The notes beneath the pieces are model-generated. The model was not told where the DNA came from. It made no database searches and saw only the letters and a program-made list of their open reading frames with translations. From Pseudomonadota bacterium (lineage in GTDB: Bacteria; Pseudomonadota; Gammaproteobacteria; Burkholderiales; JAKAFK01), in contig JAJYKK010000008.1 of the NCBI GenBank assembly GCA_021788645.1, positions 2,072-66,071 on the forward strand: 64,000 nt of DNA, read 5' to 3'. Positions 9,508-22,865 of this stretch are shown here, one piece after another. The number at the start of each line of letters is the position of its first letter. Position 1 is the stretch's first letter. A program made the translations under genes and the position numbers.

Positions 9508-10156
9508 CCACCTGGTCGTGCAGACCGCGCAGGCGCGCGACCGGATGCGCGCCTGCCCCCTCGTCACCCGCGCGCTCGCAGGCGAGGTGTCCCTTGCCGA
9601 ATACCGGCTTTTTCTGGAACAGGCCTATCACCACGTCAAGCATACCGTTCCGCTCCTCATGGCTTGCGGCGCCCGATTGCCTGAGCGCCTAGCCTGGCTG
9701 CGCACCGCCATCGTCCGCTACATCGGGGAGGAAGACGGTCACGAGACATGGATTCTGGATGATCTTGCCGCAATAGGCGGCGACCCGAACGCGGTGCGCG
9801 GCGGCTTGCCGCTCACGGCCACGGAACTCATGGTGGCCTATGCCTACGACACGATCCACCGGGGCAATCCGGCGGGCTTCTTCGGCATGGTCTACGTCCT
9901 GGAAGGCACGAGCGTCGCCCTCGCCCATGCAGTGGCCGGCGCGCTCCAGCGGCACCTGCGGTTGCCGGATCAAGCGCTTCGCTACCTCACGTCCCATGGG
10001 AGCGTGGACCAGGGGCATGTCCGCTTCCTGGAAACGCTGCTCAATCGCCTGGAGTCGGAGGAGGACCAGGCCGCGGTGCTCCATGCCGCGCAGGTGTTCT
10101 TCCGCCTCTACCGGGAGATGTTCGGCGCGATCGGCGCGTATTGTTTGTCTTGTTAG
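9494..10156 (+). CDS. Heme-oxygenase-like diiron ('iron-containing redox') enzyme, TenA/PqqC/CADD fold
   Basis: QAYHHVKHT, EEDGHETW, VLEGTS and SHGSVDQGH supply His/carboxylate metal ligands. Confidence 0.85.
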   Translation: MTFYDHLVVQTAQARDRMRACPLVTRALAGEVSLAEYRLFLEQAYHHVKHTVPLLMACGARLPERLAWLRTAIVRYIGEEDGHETWILDDLAAIGGDPNAVRGGLPLTATELMVAYAYDTIHRGNPAGFFGMVYVLEGTSVALAHAVAGALQRHLRLPDQALRYLTSHGSVDQGHVRFLETLLNRLESEEDQAAVLHAAQVFFRLYREMFGAIGAYCLSC

Positions 10157-10167
10157 GAGAGCACTTC

Positions 10168-10842
10168 GTGAAGAGATATTTTCTGCCCCTCGCCTTGACC
10201 GCGGCGCTGGCGGGCCCGCCCCCCCATGCGGCAGCCGCACCGCTCGATCAGGCGATTTCCGCCGTGGCGCAGCAGTGGGCGCACATCAACTACCAGCTGC
10301 CCCCCGGCCGGCAAGCGGCGGCCTTCGGCGCCCTCGTCAAACAAGAATCCGCCCTGGCCGCGCGCTACCCCGGGCGTGCGGAACCCCTGATCTGGCGCGG
10401 CATCACGCTGAGCTCGCTCGCCGGCGTCGAGGGCGGATTGCACGCACTGGAACTCGTCAAGGAAGCCCGACGTGACCTGCGCGCCTCGCTCAAGATCGAC
10501 CCGACGGCGCTGCAAGGCTCGGCCGACACGTCCCTGGGCGCGCTGTACGACAAGGTCCCGGGCTGGCCCCTGAGCTTCGGAAATGACCGGAAGGCCGAAG
10601 GCTACTTCAGGAAGGCCCTGCAAATCGATCCGAGGAGCATCGACGCCAATTATTTTTACGGCGATTTTCTTTACGGCAAGCACCACTATGCCCAGGCGCT
10701 CGCCGCGCTGCGGCGCGCCCTGGCGGCGCCTCCCCGCCCTGGCCGGCCGCTCGCGGATCAAGGCCGGCGGCAGCAGATCCTTGCGCTCATGGCCAAGATT
10801 CGCGCCCACGGCGGGGGCGTCCTGACTTCGACGGAGCGCTGA
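10168..10842 (+). CDS. Exported TPR-like protein
   Basis: AGGAG then GTG; signal peptide; LGALYDKVPGWPLSFG, KALQIDP..IDANYFYGDFL helical repeats. Confidence 0.8.
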   Translation: MKRYFLPLALTAALAGPPPHAAAAPLDQAISAVAQQWAHINYQLPPGRQAAAFGALVKQESALAARYPGRAEPLIWRGITLSSLAGVEGGLHALELVKEARRDLRASLKIDPTALQGSADTSLGALYDKVPGWPLSFGNDRKAEGYFRKALQIDPRSIDANYFYGDFLYGKHHYAQALAALRRALAAPPRPGRPLADQGRRQQILALMAKIRAHGGGVLTSTER

Positions 10843-10846
10843 AACC

Positions 10847-11656
10847 ATGGACTTCAAAAACCGACGCATCCTGTTGACCGGCGCCGGGGGCGGCATCGGG
10901 CGCATCCTGAGCGAACAGCTTGCCGCCGAGGGCGCGCGGTTGTGTCGCCTGGTGCACTGTTCGCGCGTCAGCGGCGCGGCAGGGCAGCTCGCCAGCGAAG
11001 GCGGCGGGGAAATTTTGACGCTCGCGTGCGATGTCACCCAAAGCGCCGAACGCGAGGACGCGGTCCTCGCGGCGGAAGAAACCTGGGGGGGCGTCGACAT
11101 GCTCATCAATCTGGCCGGCGTCCTCGACTTCAAGCCGTTCCAGGCCATGGAACCGGGCATGCTCCATCGCATGCTGGCGGTCAACATCGAGGCGCCCATG
11201 CAGTTCGCCCGGCTGCTGCTGCCGGGAATGCTGGCGCGCGGCCACGGGCATCTCGTGAACGTGGGCTCCATGTTCGGCAGCATCGGCTTCCCGTTCTTCT
11301 CCGCCTACTCGGCCTCCAAGTTCGCGCTCCGGGGCTTTTCCCAGGCCCTGCGCCGGGAGCTGGCGGGCACCGGGGTGCGGGTGACGTACGTCGCGCCCCG
11401 GGCGGTGAAGACCCCGCTCAATCCGCCGATCGTCCACGAGATGGCCGCGCAAGGCTTGATGACGATGGACGACCCCGAACCGGTCGCGCGCGCCATCCTG
11501 CGCGCCATCGCGCGAGAGCGCGGCGAAGCCTATCTGGGGTTCCCCGAGAGCGTTTTCGCGCGCCTCAACGCGATTTTTCCGGCGCTGGTCGATAAGGCCC
11601 TCGCGAAGCAGACACCGACGCTCGCGCGGTACGCCACGAGCCGCGCCTCCCGCTAA
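10847..11656 (+). CDS. SDR family oxidoreductase
   Basis: TGAGGGIG, NLAG, catalytic S...YSASK. Confidence 0.92.
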   Translation: MDFKNRRILLTGAGGGIGRILSEQLAAEGARLCRLVHCSRVSGAAGQLASEGGGEILTLACDVTQSAEREDAVLAAEETWGGVDMLINLAGVLDFKPFQAMEPGMLHRMLAVNIEAPMQFARLLLPGMLARGHGHLVNVGSMFGSIGFPFFSAYSASKFALRGFSQALRRELAGTGVRVTYVAPRAVKTPLNPPIVHEMAAQGLMTMDDPEPVARAILRAIARERGEAYLGFPESVFARLNAIFPALVDKALAKQTPTLARYATSRASR

Positions 11657-11689
11657 TCCCGTCTTTCACTTTTTGTCCAAAGGAGCGCT

Positions 11690-12313
11690 ATGAACATCAA
11701 GAAAATCCTCCCCCTGGCCGTGGCCCTCGTCAGCGTCAACGCATTCGGCGCGGGCTTTTACGTGGCGGGCGAAGTCACCCACTCCAACGACACGCTGGGC
11801 ACCGCGCATGCCGAGCACGCCTTGACGCAAGCCGGCGCCACCGGAGTCGCGGCCAGCGCAAGCGGCAGCAGCAACCAATGGCGCTTGCAGCTGGGCTATC
11901 GGTTCAATCGCCATTTCGCCGTCGAAGGGGGGTATATCGATTTCGGCCGCGCGAACTATTCCGCCACGTACGCCGGCGGGACGGCGAACGGCACCGTCAA
12001 GGCGGGCGGGGTCGACCTGGCCGCCTTGGGCTTTCTGCCGCTCACGAAGCGTTTTTCGGTGTTCGGCAAAGCGGGACTCGTGGCGGCCCGCGTGACCGAC
12101 GACTTGAGCGCTTCCCCGCCCGCCGGCGCGGCCGCCTCCCACACGGCCACCACCGCGGTCCGTCCTCTGCTCGGCGTCGGGGCAACCTACCGGGTGAGCC
12201 GCACGGTCGACCTCCGGGCGGATTTCGACCACGCGAGCAATCTGGGGAAATCCGGGAAGACCGATGCGCTGACGAGCAACATGCTTTCGCTGGGGGTCGC
12301 GTACAAGTTCTAA
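11690..12313 (+). CDS. Small outer-membrane beta-barrel protein (OmpA-like transmembrane domain)
   Basis: AAGGAG SD; signal peptide; GYRFNRHFAVEGGYIDFG; ends LGVAYKF. Confidence 0.88.
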   Translation: MNIKKILPLAVALVSVNAFGAGFYVAGEVTHSNDTLGTAHAEHALTQAGATGVAASASGSSNQWRLQLGYRFNRHFAVEGGYIDFGRANYSATYAGGTANGTVKAGGVDLAALGFLPLTKRFSVFGKAGLVAARVTDDLSASPPAGAAASHTATTAVRPLLGVGATYRVSRTVDLRADFDHASNLGKSGKTDALTSNMLSLGVAYKF

Positions 12314-12407
12314 ACCACGCGGCGGCATCGCTTGCGCGGGCCGCCGCGGCCTGCTAGTCCGGCTTTATCCCGCACATTGCACGGCACCACCAGACAGGAG
12401 CCAAGAT

Positions 12408-13046
12408 ATGGGGCAAGCGCTGAGGAAAAAGGTCGTCCGTGGCGGCGTGATCATCTGGCTTGCGCTCTTCGCGAGCGAGTCGTTCGCCAACAACGGGCCC
12501 TTCGGCATCGACCACCGCTGGCATTACGACAACAGCGGCATCTGGAAGCGAAGCTACCAGCTGGATCTGCTCGACACCATGATCGTGGGCGAATTTGCCG
12601 GAGGCCTCTACGAGGGCGGCCACAACCGCCTCGGGCGCACCTATTGGCAAGCGATCGATTCCTCCATCCTCGCCGGGGCGTCGGCGCAGGTCCTCAAATA
12701 TGTCTTCACCCGCGCGCGCCCTGCCCAGAGCAACGATCCCAACAAATTCTTCCAGGGCGGCAGCCACTACAGCTTCCCGAGCGGCGAGGTCGCGGGCGTC
12801 ACCAGCATCGTCACCCCGTTCGTGCTCGAGTACCGGCACGAGTATCCGGCGATCTATGCCCTGGAAGCGCTCCCGCTTTATGACGCGGTCGCCCGCATGA
12901 AGGTCCAGGGGCACTGGCAAAGCGACGTCCTGGCGGGCTTTGCGTTGGGTACGTTGACCGGCTGGTATGCCCACTCCAGAAAACACCCGTTCTTCTTGAG
13001 CATTCTCCCTGGCGGCGTCGCCGTCGGCCTGAAGAAACGGTTCTAG
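12408..13046 (+). CDS. PAP2-family phosphatase-like protein
   Basis: K-x6-RP (KYVFTRARP), SFPSGE, R-x5-H-x3-D (RMKVQGHWQSD); AGGAG SD. Confidence 0.85.
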   Translation: MGQALRKKVVRGGVIIWLALFASESFANNGPFGIDHRWHYDNSGIWKRSYQLDLLDTMIVGEFAGGLYEGGHNRLGRTYWQAIDSSILAGASAQVLKYVFTRARPAQSNDPNKFFQGGSHYSFPSGEVAGVTSIVTPFVLEYRHEYPAIYALEALPLYDAVARMKVQGHWQSDVLAGFALGTLTGWYAHSRKHPFFLSILPGGVAVGLKKRF

Positions 13047-13502
13047 GCCCGGCGCGCGGGGCGCACCCCGGCTACAGCGCGGCCCCGCCACCCTGGTCCC
13101 GGCGGGACGTCCCCTTCTTGGGGTGGATGACGGCCACTGCCTCGCCGCGCTCCGGGCGCGCGCCTGTCAGGGCAGGCGCCGCCCCCGCCGCCGATCCCGG
13201 AAGATGGGGCAGCACGGCGCCCACCCCCACGGCGAGGAGAACCGCGTGGCAGAAGACTTGCCATCGCGCGGGCCTACCGCCCGCGCGGCGAGGCCCCTGC
13301 CGCACGAAAAGACGCCGTCGGAAGGCGGGCGCCATGCGCCCATTCGAGCTGAAGACAACGCCGCAGGCCCTGGCGACTCTCCCCATCAACGCACCGCTCA
13401 AGGCATTCTCGCACCCCGGCCCCGTCATGACAGATGAATTGGGGATCGGCGACTAGCAAAACGGCCGCGGCGGACTCGCGCGTAGGAGTGGGCGTCGCCC
13501 GG

Positions 13503-13536
13503 AAAAAACAAACCCCCGTTTTTAGGCGGGGGTTTG
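13503..13536 (-). terminator. Intrinsic terminator of the rrn operon
   Basis: CAAACCCCCG..CGGGGGTTTG hairpin followed by a T-tract on the minus strand, just after 5S. Confidence 0.85.
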
Positions 13537-13547
13537 AGGGAGGGGGA

Positions 13548-13661
13548 GCCTGGCGGTGACCTACTTTCGCATGGGAGACCACACTATCATCGGCGCGCAA
13601 CCGTTTCACTTCCGAGTTCGGGATGGGATCGGGTGGGTCCAGCTGGCTATGGCCGCCAGGC
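13548..13661 (-). rRNA. rrf: 5S rRNA
   Basis: GCCTGGCGGCCATAGC...CCCGATCCCATCCCGAACTCGGAAGTGAAAC...CCGCCAGGC. Confidence 0.97.
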
Positions 13662-13745
13662 ATAAGGGTTGGGCCGGGGCTAAGGCCCCGGCCTGGCAAA
13701 GGGGAAGGGTACAAGGGTATTGATGTTGAGGCTGCTTAAGGTTAT

Positions 13746-16630
<2,885 letters not shown>

Positions 16631-16737
16631 TATAACCTTAAGAAGCCTCAAGGCCATAAGTACTTAAGCGTTTGCCATACAATCAATACCCGTCCCGCCC
16701 CCCTCTCGGAGAACAGGACTTCTTGTACTTCTTCCAC

Positions 16738-16751
16738 TTTGTTAAAGAACG
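16738..16751 (-). promoter_or_regulatory. Spacer boxA antiterminator
   Basis: GTTCTTTAACAA on the minus strand between tRNA-Ala and 23S. Confidence 0.7.
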
Positions 16752-16805
16752 CAATCCCAAAGGATTCAACTGAAGGCAACGCCCTCACTTCAACCCTCTG
16801 GCTCC

Positions 16806-16881
16806 TGGTGGAGGTGAACGGGATCGAACCGATGACCCCCTGCTTGCAAAGCAGGTGCTCTCCCAGCTGAGCTACACCCCC
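16806..16881 (-). tRNA. tRNA-Ala(TGC)
   Basis: GGGGGTGTAGCTCAGCTGGGAGAGCACCTGCTTTGCAAGCAGG...TCCACCA. Confidence 0.97.
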
Positions 16882-16890
16882 CCTCAAACC

Positions 16891-16967
<77 letters not shown>

Positions 16968-17080
16968 CACGCCACGCGCGAGGGGCCACCCCCTCCTTGC
17001 GCTCACTCACACAGCCGATAAGTTGTGGGCACCCATCCCCGAATTCGAGGCCTCGGGTTTCCCCTCGTCCCCTGTCTCTT

Positions 17081-18619
<1,539 letters not shown>

Positions 18620-18730
18620 ATTCCTAACTCGCTCACCTAAATATTACAGGCTCGCAAGCACTTCATCTCTCTTAACACCACGGCTTCCACCGTGGCTCGG
18701 AAACAAGTGCCCACACTTATCGGCTGTGCA

Positions 18731-18743
18731 TTGTTAAAGAGCG
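18731..18743 (-). promoter_or_regulatory. Leader boxA antiterminator
   Basis: CGCTCTTTAACAA downstream of P2. Confidence 0.75.
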
Positions 18744-18786
18744 GTTCTGCTTGCGCAGTCGCTGCGTCGCCGCAGCAAAGACGTGC

Positions 18787-18814
18787 ATTATACAAGCAGC
18801 TCGGAGTTTGTCAA
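18787..18814 (-). promoter_or_regulatory. rrn promoter P2
   Basis: TTGACA-N16-TATAAT. Confidence 0.88.
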
Positions 18815-18893
18815 GGTTCTGACGAACGTTTTGGGCATCCCCTGCTGCGTCCGAACTCCGCGTCCTTCGCCGCATTGCAGCGAAGGAGTGCGC

Positions 18894-18921
18894 ATTATAC
18901 AGGGGTGATCGCGGGGGTCAA
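18894..18921 (-). promoter_or_regulatory. rrn promoter P1
   Basis: TTGACC-N16-TATAAT with GCGCAC discriminator and an upstream A-rich UP-like tract (18928-18946). Confidence 0.88.
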
Positions 18922-19073
18922 CACCTTTGTGAAACTTTTTTGAAACAGGGGCACACAGGCTTGTTTTTATGGGCAACGTCGCTCCCGCCCCAGACCGCCG
19001 AAACCAGGCGGATGGCTGCTTGATCTGATGCGGATGGGGGATGCCTTCTGCGCGGGTCTCAAGAGCTGCCTCC

Positions 19074-19405
19074 TTATGCTGTCCACGGTCGGGCGAAGGC
19101 CAAGGACGCCTGGAGGGAGACCGCCCGGGTCTCGGGCAGAACGCCGAACAGTTGATCAAGCGAGGCCACGAGACCGCGGTGAGTGAAGAGGTTCATGCGC
19201 TGGCGCGCCACGAGGTCGGCCAGGCTCCAGCCGAAACGGGAGGACCGTTGCGGATCGCGCAGCAGCAGGCATGGCGATCAACGCCGTCCAGATCTTGCAC
19301 TTGACCGCAGGGGCCGAAATCCCGGCAAAGATCTTGATCTTCAGGTTCTGGCTGGGTGCCTTGAAGAACAGCGCGATCTGCCCGCGGTCCTTGCAGATCG
19401 CGGCG
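19074..19405 (-). mobile_element. Decayed IS4-family transposase 3' remnant
   Basis: Manual translation: AAICKDRGQIALFFKAPSQNLKIKIFAGISAPAVKCKIWTALIAM / (frameshift ~19269) LLLR...FGWSLADLVARQRMNLFTHRGL, matching the IS4 C-terminus (Y-x2-R-W-x-I-E-x-F-F-K). Confidence 0.8.
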
Positions 19406-19906
19406 CAGGCAGCATGATGCCTTCACGCTGCCTCTCCTCTGGTCAGGCGCGGAATGGGTTTGGCGATTCACCAACACCTTACCCCTTTCGGATGACCCAA
19501 CGTCATCGGCGGTTTTGGCCCGGAGTGAAGCAAATAGCCTTTATTAGGTGGAAAATAATCGGCGCACGCCCGCATGCCGCGCTGGGGCGCCTCGGGGCAC
19601 CCGTTGCGCGCGCCCTGCCGCCGCCACCGCCCGGATCCGAATGAAGCCCAACCGCATGGACATTGCCGTTCGCTCGCCCCCCCTGCGGAGCCGGAAGACT
19701 CCCCGGCGGCGTTGCCAACCCGGACGCGCGCCGCTGAGGATGCAAGGGTCGGCGCGCAGCCCGAAAAAGCACCGCGAGCGGGCGATGGGAGGGCGCGACG
19801 CGGCGCCCACGATCGACTTCCCGGCAGGCGTCTTTGCAACATTCCCCTCAGGATCCCGCAGGACATGCCGTTATCTGCTGTAGCGCGCACCCTTGAGGCG
19901 GAAGAC

Positions 19907-20158
19907 ATGATGGCGACAACGATGACCAACCCAGCCGAACGGTCGCTCCTGGAGCAGACATTCCCCCGGATCCTGGAGCGCATCGCGCTCCTCTGGCCGA
20001 GTCCGATGCTGGAGACCTACTTCACGGAACTGCTGCTCGACCAGCGCGGCGACCGTGCCGGATTTCCGCCGGAGGTGATGGCCGAACTCATGTTCCTCCA
20101 CGAACTCTATCTCAACGTGCTGCGCCCCGGGGTGGGCTTTCACCCACGCTGGTTTTGA
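19907..20158 (+). CDS. Conserved hypothetical small protein (~83 aa)
   Basis: SLLEQTFPRILERIALLW...YFTELLLDQRGDRAGFPPEV..EL motif; strong GC3 codon bias; GAGG SD. Confidence 0.75.
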   Translation: MMATTMTNPAERSLLEQTFPRILERIALLWPSPMLETYFTELLLDQRGDRAGFPPEVMAELMFLHELYLNVLRPGVGFHPRWF

Positions 20159-20170
20159 TCCCGGCGGGAC

Positions 20171-21370
20171 TCAAATCAGCGTGATTCTCGCCACGCGCCG
20201 CTTGCCCACCTGCAAGATGATGCTCTCGCCCTTGGCGATCTGGGCCGCGCGGTCGCAGACCTTCTCGCCGTTCAGCCGCACGCCGCCCTGCTCGATCGCG
20301 CGAATCGCCTCGGAGGTGCTGGCGGTCAGCCCCGCCTGCTTGAGCACCTGAACGACCGGCAGGCCATCCCCGTCGGCCGGCACCCTCACCTCGGGCAACT
20401 CGTCGGGCAAAACCCCTTTCTGAAAGCGCGCGATGAACTGCGCATGCGCGCCCTCGGCGGCGACGCGCCCATGGAAGCGCTCCACGATCTCCAAGGCGAG
20501 CTTGATCTTGACGTCCCTTGGGTTGGCGCCTGCCGCCACCCCTTCGCGCAACTGCGCGATCTCTCGCCCGCCGAGAAAGCTCAGCAGATCGAAATAGCGC
20601 CACATCAGGTCGTCCGAAATGGACATGAGCTTGCCGAACATCTCGGGAGGGGGCTCATTGATCCCGATGTAGTTGCCCAGCGACTTCGACATCTTCTGGA
20701 CCCCGTCGAGTCCTTCCAGGATCGGCATCGTCAACACGACCTGGGGAGGCTGGCCGAAATGCTTCTGCAGTTCGCGCCCGACCAGCAGATTGAATTTCTG
20801 ATCCGTGCCCCCGAGTTCGACGTCGGCATTGAGCGCGACGGAATCGTAGCCTTGAATCAAGGGATAGAGAAACTCGTGGATGGCAATGGGCTGCCCTCCC
20901 TGGTAGCGCTTGTGGAAGTCGTCGCGCTCGAGCATGCGCGCCACCGTGTGGCGCGCGGCAAGGCCGATGAGATCGGCCGCGCTCATCTCGCCCATCCAGC
21001 TCGAATTGAACATCACGAGGGTTTTCTCCGGATCGAGGATCTTGAAGATCTGCGCCTCGTAGGTGCGCGCGTTCTCGATCACATCGTCGCGGGTCAGGGC
21101 CTTGCGCGTGGCGCTCTTGCCCGTCGGATCGCCGATCATCCCGGTGAAGTCGCCGATCAGGAAAATCGCCTCGTGGCCGAGCGTCTGGAACTGGCGCAGC
21201 TTGTTGAGCAGCACCGTGTGCCCCAGGTGAAGGTCGGGCGCCGTCGGATCAAATCCCGCCTTGATGCGCAGCGGCCGGCCGAGACGGAGCCTTTCCTTGA
21301 GCTCGGATTCCACGAGCAATTCGTCGCAGCCTTTGGTTATGAACCCGAGCGCCTCATCCATGGCCAACAT
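20171..21370 (-). CDS. tyrS: Tyrosine--tRNA ligase
   Basis: [27 protein letters not shown]-terminal S4 domain. Confidence 0.97.
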   Translation of the reverse strand: MLAMDEALGFITKGCDELLVESELKERLRLGRPLRIKAGFDPTAPDLHLGHTVLLNKLRQFQTLGHEAIFLIGDFTGMIGDPTGKSATRKALTRDDVIENARTYEAQIFKILDPEKTLVMFNSSWMGEMSAADLIGLAARHTVARMLERDDFHKRYQGGQPIAIHEFLYPLIQGYDSVALNADVELGGTDQKFNLLVGRELQKHFGQPPQVVLTMPILEGLDGVQKMSKSLGNYIGINEPPPEMFGKLMSISDDLMWRYFDLLSFLGGREIAQLREGVAAGANPRDVKIKLALEIVERFHGRVAAEGAHAQFIARFQKGVLPDELPEVRVPADGDGLPVVQVLKQAGLTASTSEAIRAIEQGGVRLNGEKVCDRAAQIAKGESIILQVGKRRVARITLI

Positions 21371-21515
21371 CGTCCTTGCGATCCTTATGCTTCAACACGC
21401 CCGACCCGGGAAATCCCACCCAAGGCCCGCGGCAGGCCACGGGCGGCCGTTTGGCGATCCTTCACTTTTCTGCTAAAGTTCCGCTACGGTGAAATAGCAC
21501 GGGACTTCGACAGCA

Positions 21516-22832
21516 ATGAATGAGGACAGGGGCGCTATTCTAGCGCAAAAGGCGCACGAGCCGAAACCGAAGCTGCGCTGGCTCATCGCCTTGGCGACCG
21601 TCCCCTTCCTCGGCGTCGCCGTCGCCTTCGGCACGGCGCCGGACACGCAGACCGCGCCCGTCAGCATCGAGACGGTCATTCAGCATTTGCCCTCGCCCCA
21701 GCTGCAACTCGCCCCCGACAATGCCCATGACGGGGTCTATTGGGACGAAGCGCGCATCGAAGACGGCGACACCCTGGCCGACGTGCTGAGCCGTCTCGAC
21801 GTCCATGATCCGGCCCTCCTGCGATTCGTCGACACCGCCCCGCAGGCGCAACCCCTGTTCGAGCTCGCGCCCGGGCGGACCTTCACGGCCGAGACGTCCG
21901 CCGGCGGACGTCTCCTGGCCCTCCAGTACCTCACCGCCGACAACCATCTCCTCGTGGTGCGGCGCAACGGCGACGCCTTCACCGCAACCTCCACCCCGGC
22001 AACCCTCAAGCCGACCCTCGTCCGCTGCGCGGGCAGCATCGGCACTTCGTACTATGGCGCGCTGGATGCCGCCGGCGTTCCCGCCCGCATCGCGCGGCAG
22101 ATGGTCGAGATCTTCTCGACCAAGGTCGACTTCCACCAGCCGTTCCAGCCCGGCGACCATTTCGCGCTCATCTACCAGCGGCTGGACTATCAGGGCCAGC
22201 TCGTGGCCCTTGGCCATATCCTGGCGGCCGAACTCGTTCATCGCGGCAAGGACTACCGCGCGGTCTATTTCCAGGACAAGGACGGGCAGGGAGGCTATTA
22301 CACGCCGAGCGGTCATGCCTGGGGAGTCGCCTTCCAGCGGTTTCCTCTGCAGTACACCGACATCACGTCCCCGTACGGGATGCGCTTCGATCCAGTCGTG
22401 CACCGGTGGGCGCTGCACGCAGGGGTCGATTTCGGCGCCCCCATCGGCACCCCCATCCATGCCACCGCGAACGGCACGGTGGCCTTCGCCGGGCAAGAGA
22501 CGGGCTACGGGAACATCGTCGTGATCGACAACGAGCCCCCCTACAGCACGGCATTCGCCCACATGTCTCGATTCGCCAAGGGCCTGCATCGCGGCACGCG
22601 CGTGCATCGCGGCGAAGTCATCGGCTACGTCGGCGAAACGGGGTGGACGACCGGTCCCCACCTGCACTATGAGGTGCGCATCGACGGCGTTGCGCGCAAT
22701 CCCATGACGGTCCGGCTGCCAAACGCCCGCCCCATCGCGGCCGGGGGCCGCACGGCCTTCCTCGCGACCGCGCGACCGCTCGAGGCGAGCCTGGGCGCCC
22801 TGCGCAATATCAGCGTCGCGAGCATCGACTAA
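21516..22832 (+). CDS. M23 family peptidoglycan DD-endopeptidase (MepM-like)
   Basis: HAGVDFGAPIGTP, GYGN, HMS, TGPHLHYE; N-terminal anchor; typical tyrS/anmK context. Confidence 0.92.
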   Translation: MNEDRGAILAQKAHEPKPKLRWLIALATVPFLGVAVAFGTAPDTQTAPVSIETVIQHLPSPQLQLAPDNAHDGVYWDEARIEDGDTLADVLSRLDVHDPALLRFVDTAPQAQPLFELAPGRTFTAETSAGGRLLALQYLTADNHLLVVRRNGDAFTATSTPATLKPTLVRCAGSIGTSYYGALDAAGVPARIARQMVEIFSTKVDFHQPFQPGDHFALIYQRLDYQGQLVALGHILAAELVHRGKDYRAVYFQDKDGQGGYYTPSGHAWGVAFQRFPLQYTDITSPYGMRFDPVVHRWALHAGVDFGAPIGTPIHATANGTVAFAGQETGYGNIVVIDNEPPYSTAFAHMSRFAKGLHRGTRVHRGEVIGYVGETGWTTGPHLHYEVRIDGVARNPMTVRLPNARPIAAGGRTAFLATARPLEASLGALRNISVASID

Positions 22833-22865
22833 CCGTTCGCGCCCGCGCGACGCCCGCTCACCGCC

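Noticed and set aside
13043-13456. Several overlapping 60-120 aa ORFs between the PAP2 gene and the rrn terminator
   Set aside because: No recognisable motifs or convincing SD, and low-complexity GC-rich translations; one hydrophobic stretch (13072..13428) is insufficient.
18760-18925. Similar sequence blocks ~107 bp apart upstream of 16S
   Set aside because: Explained by ordinary tandem rrn P1/P2 promoters.
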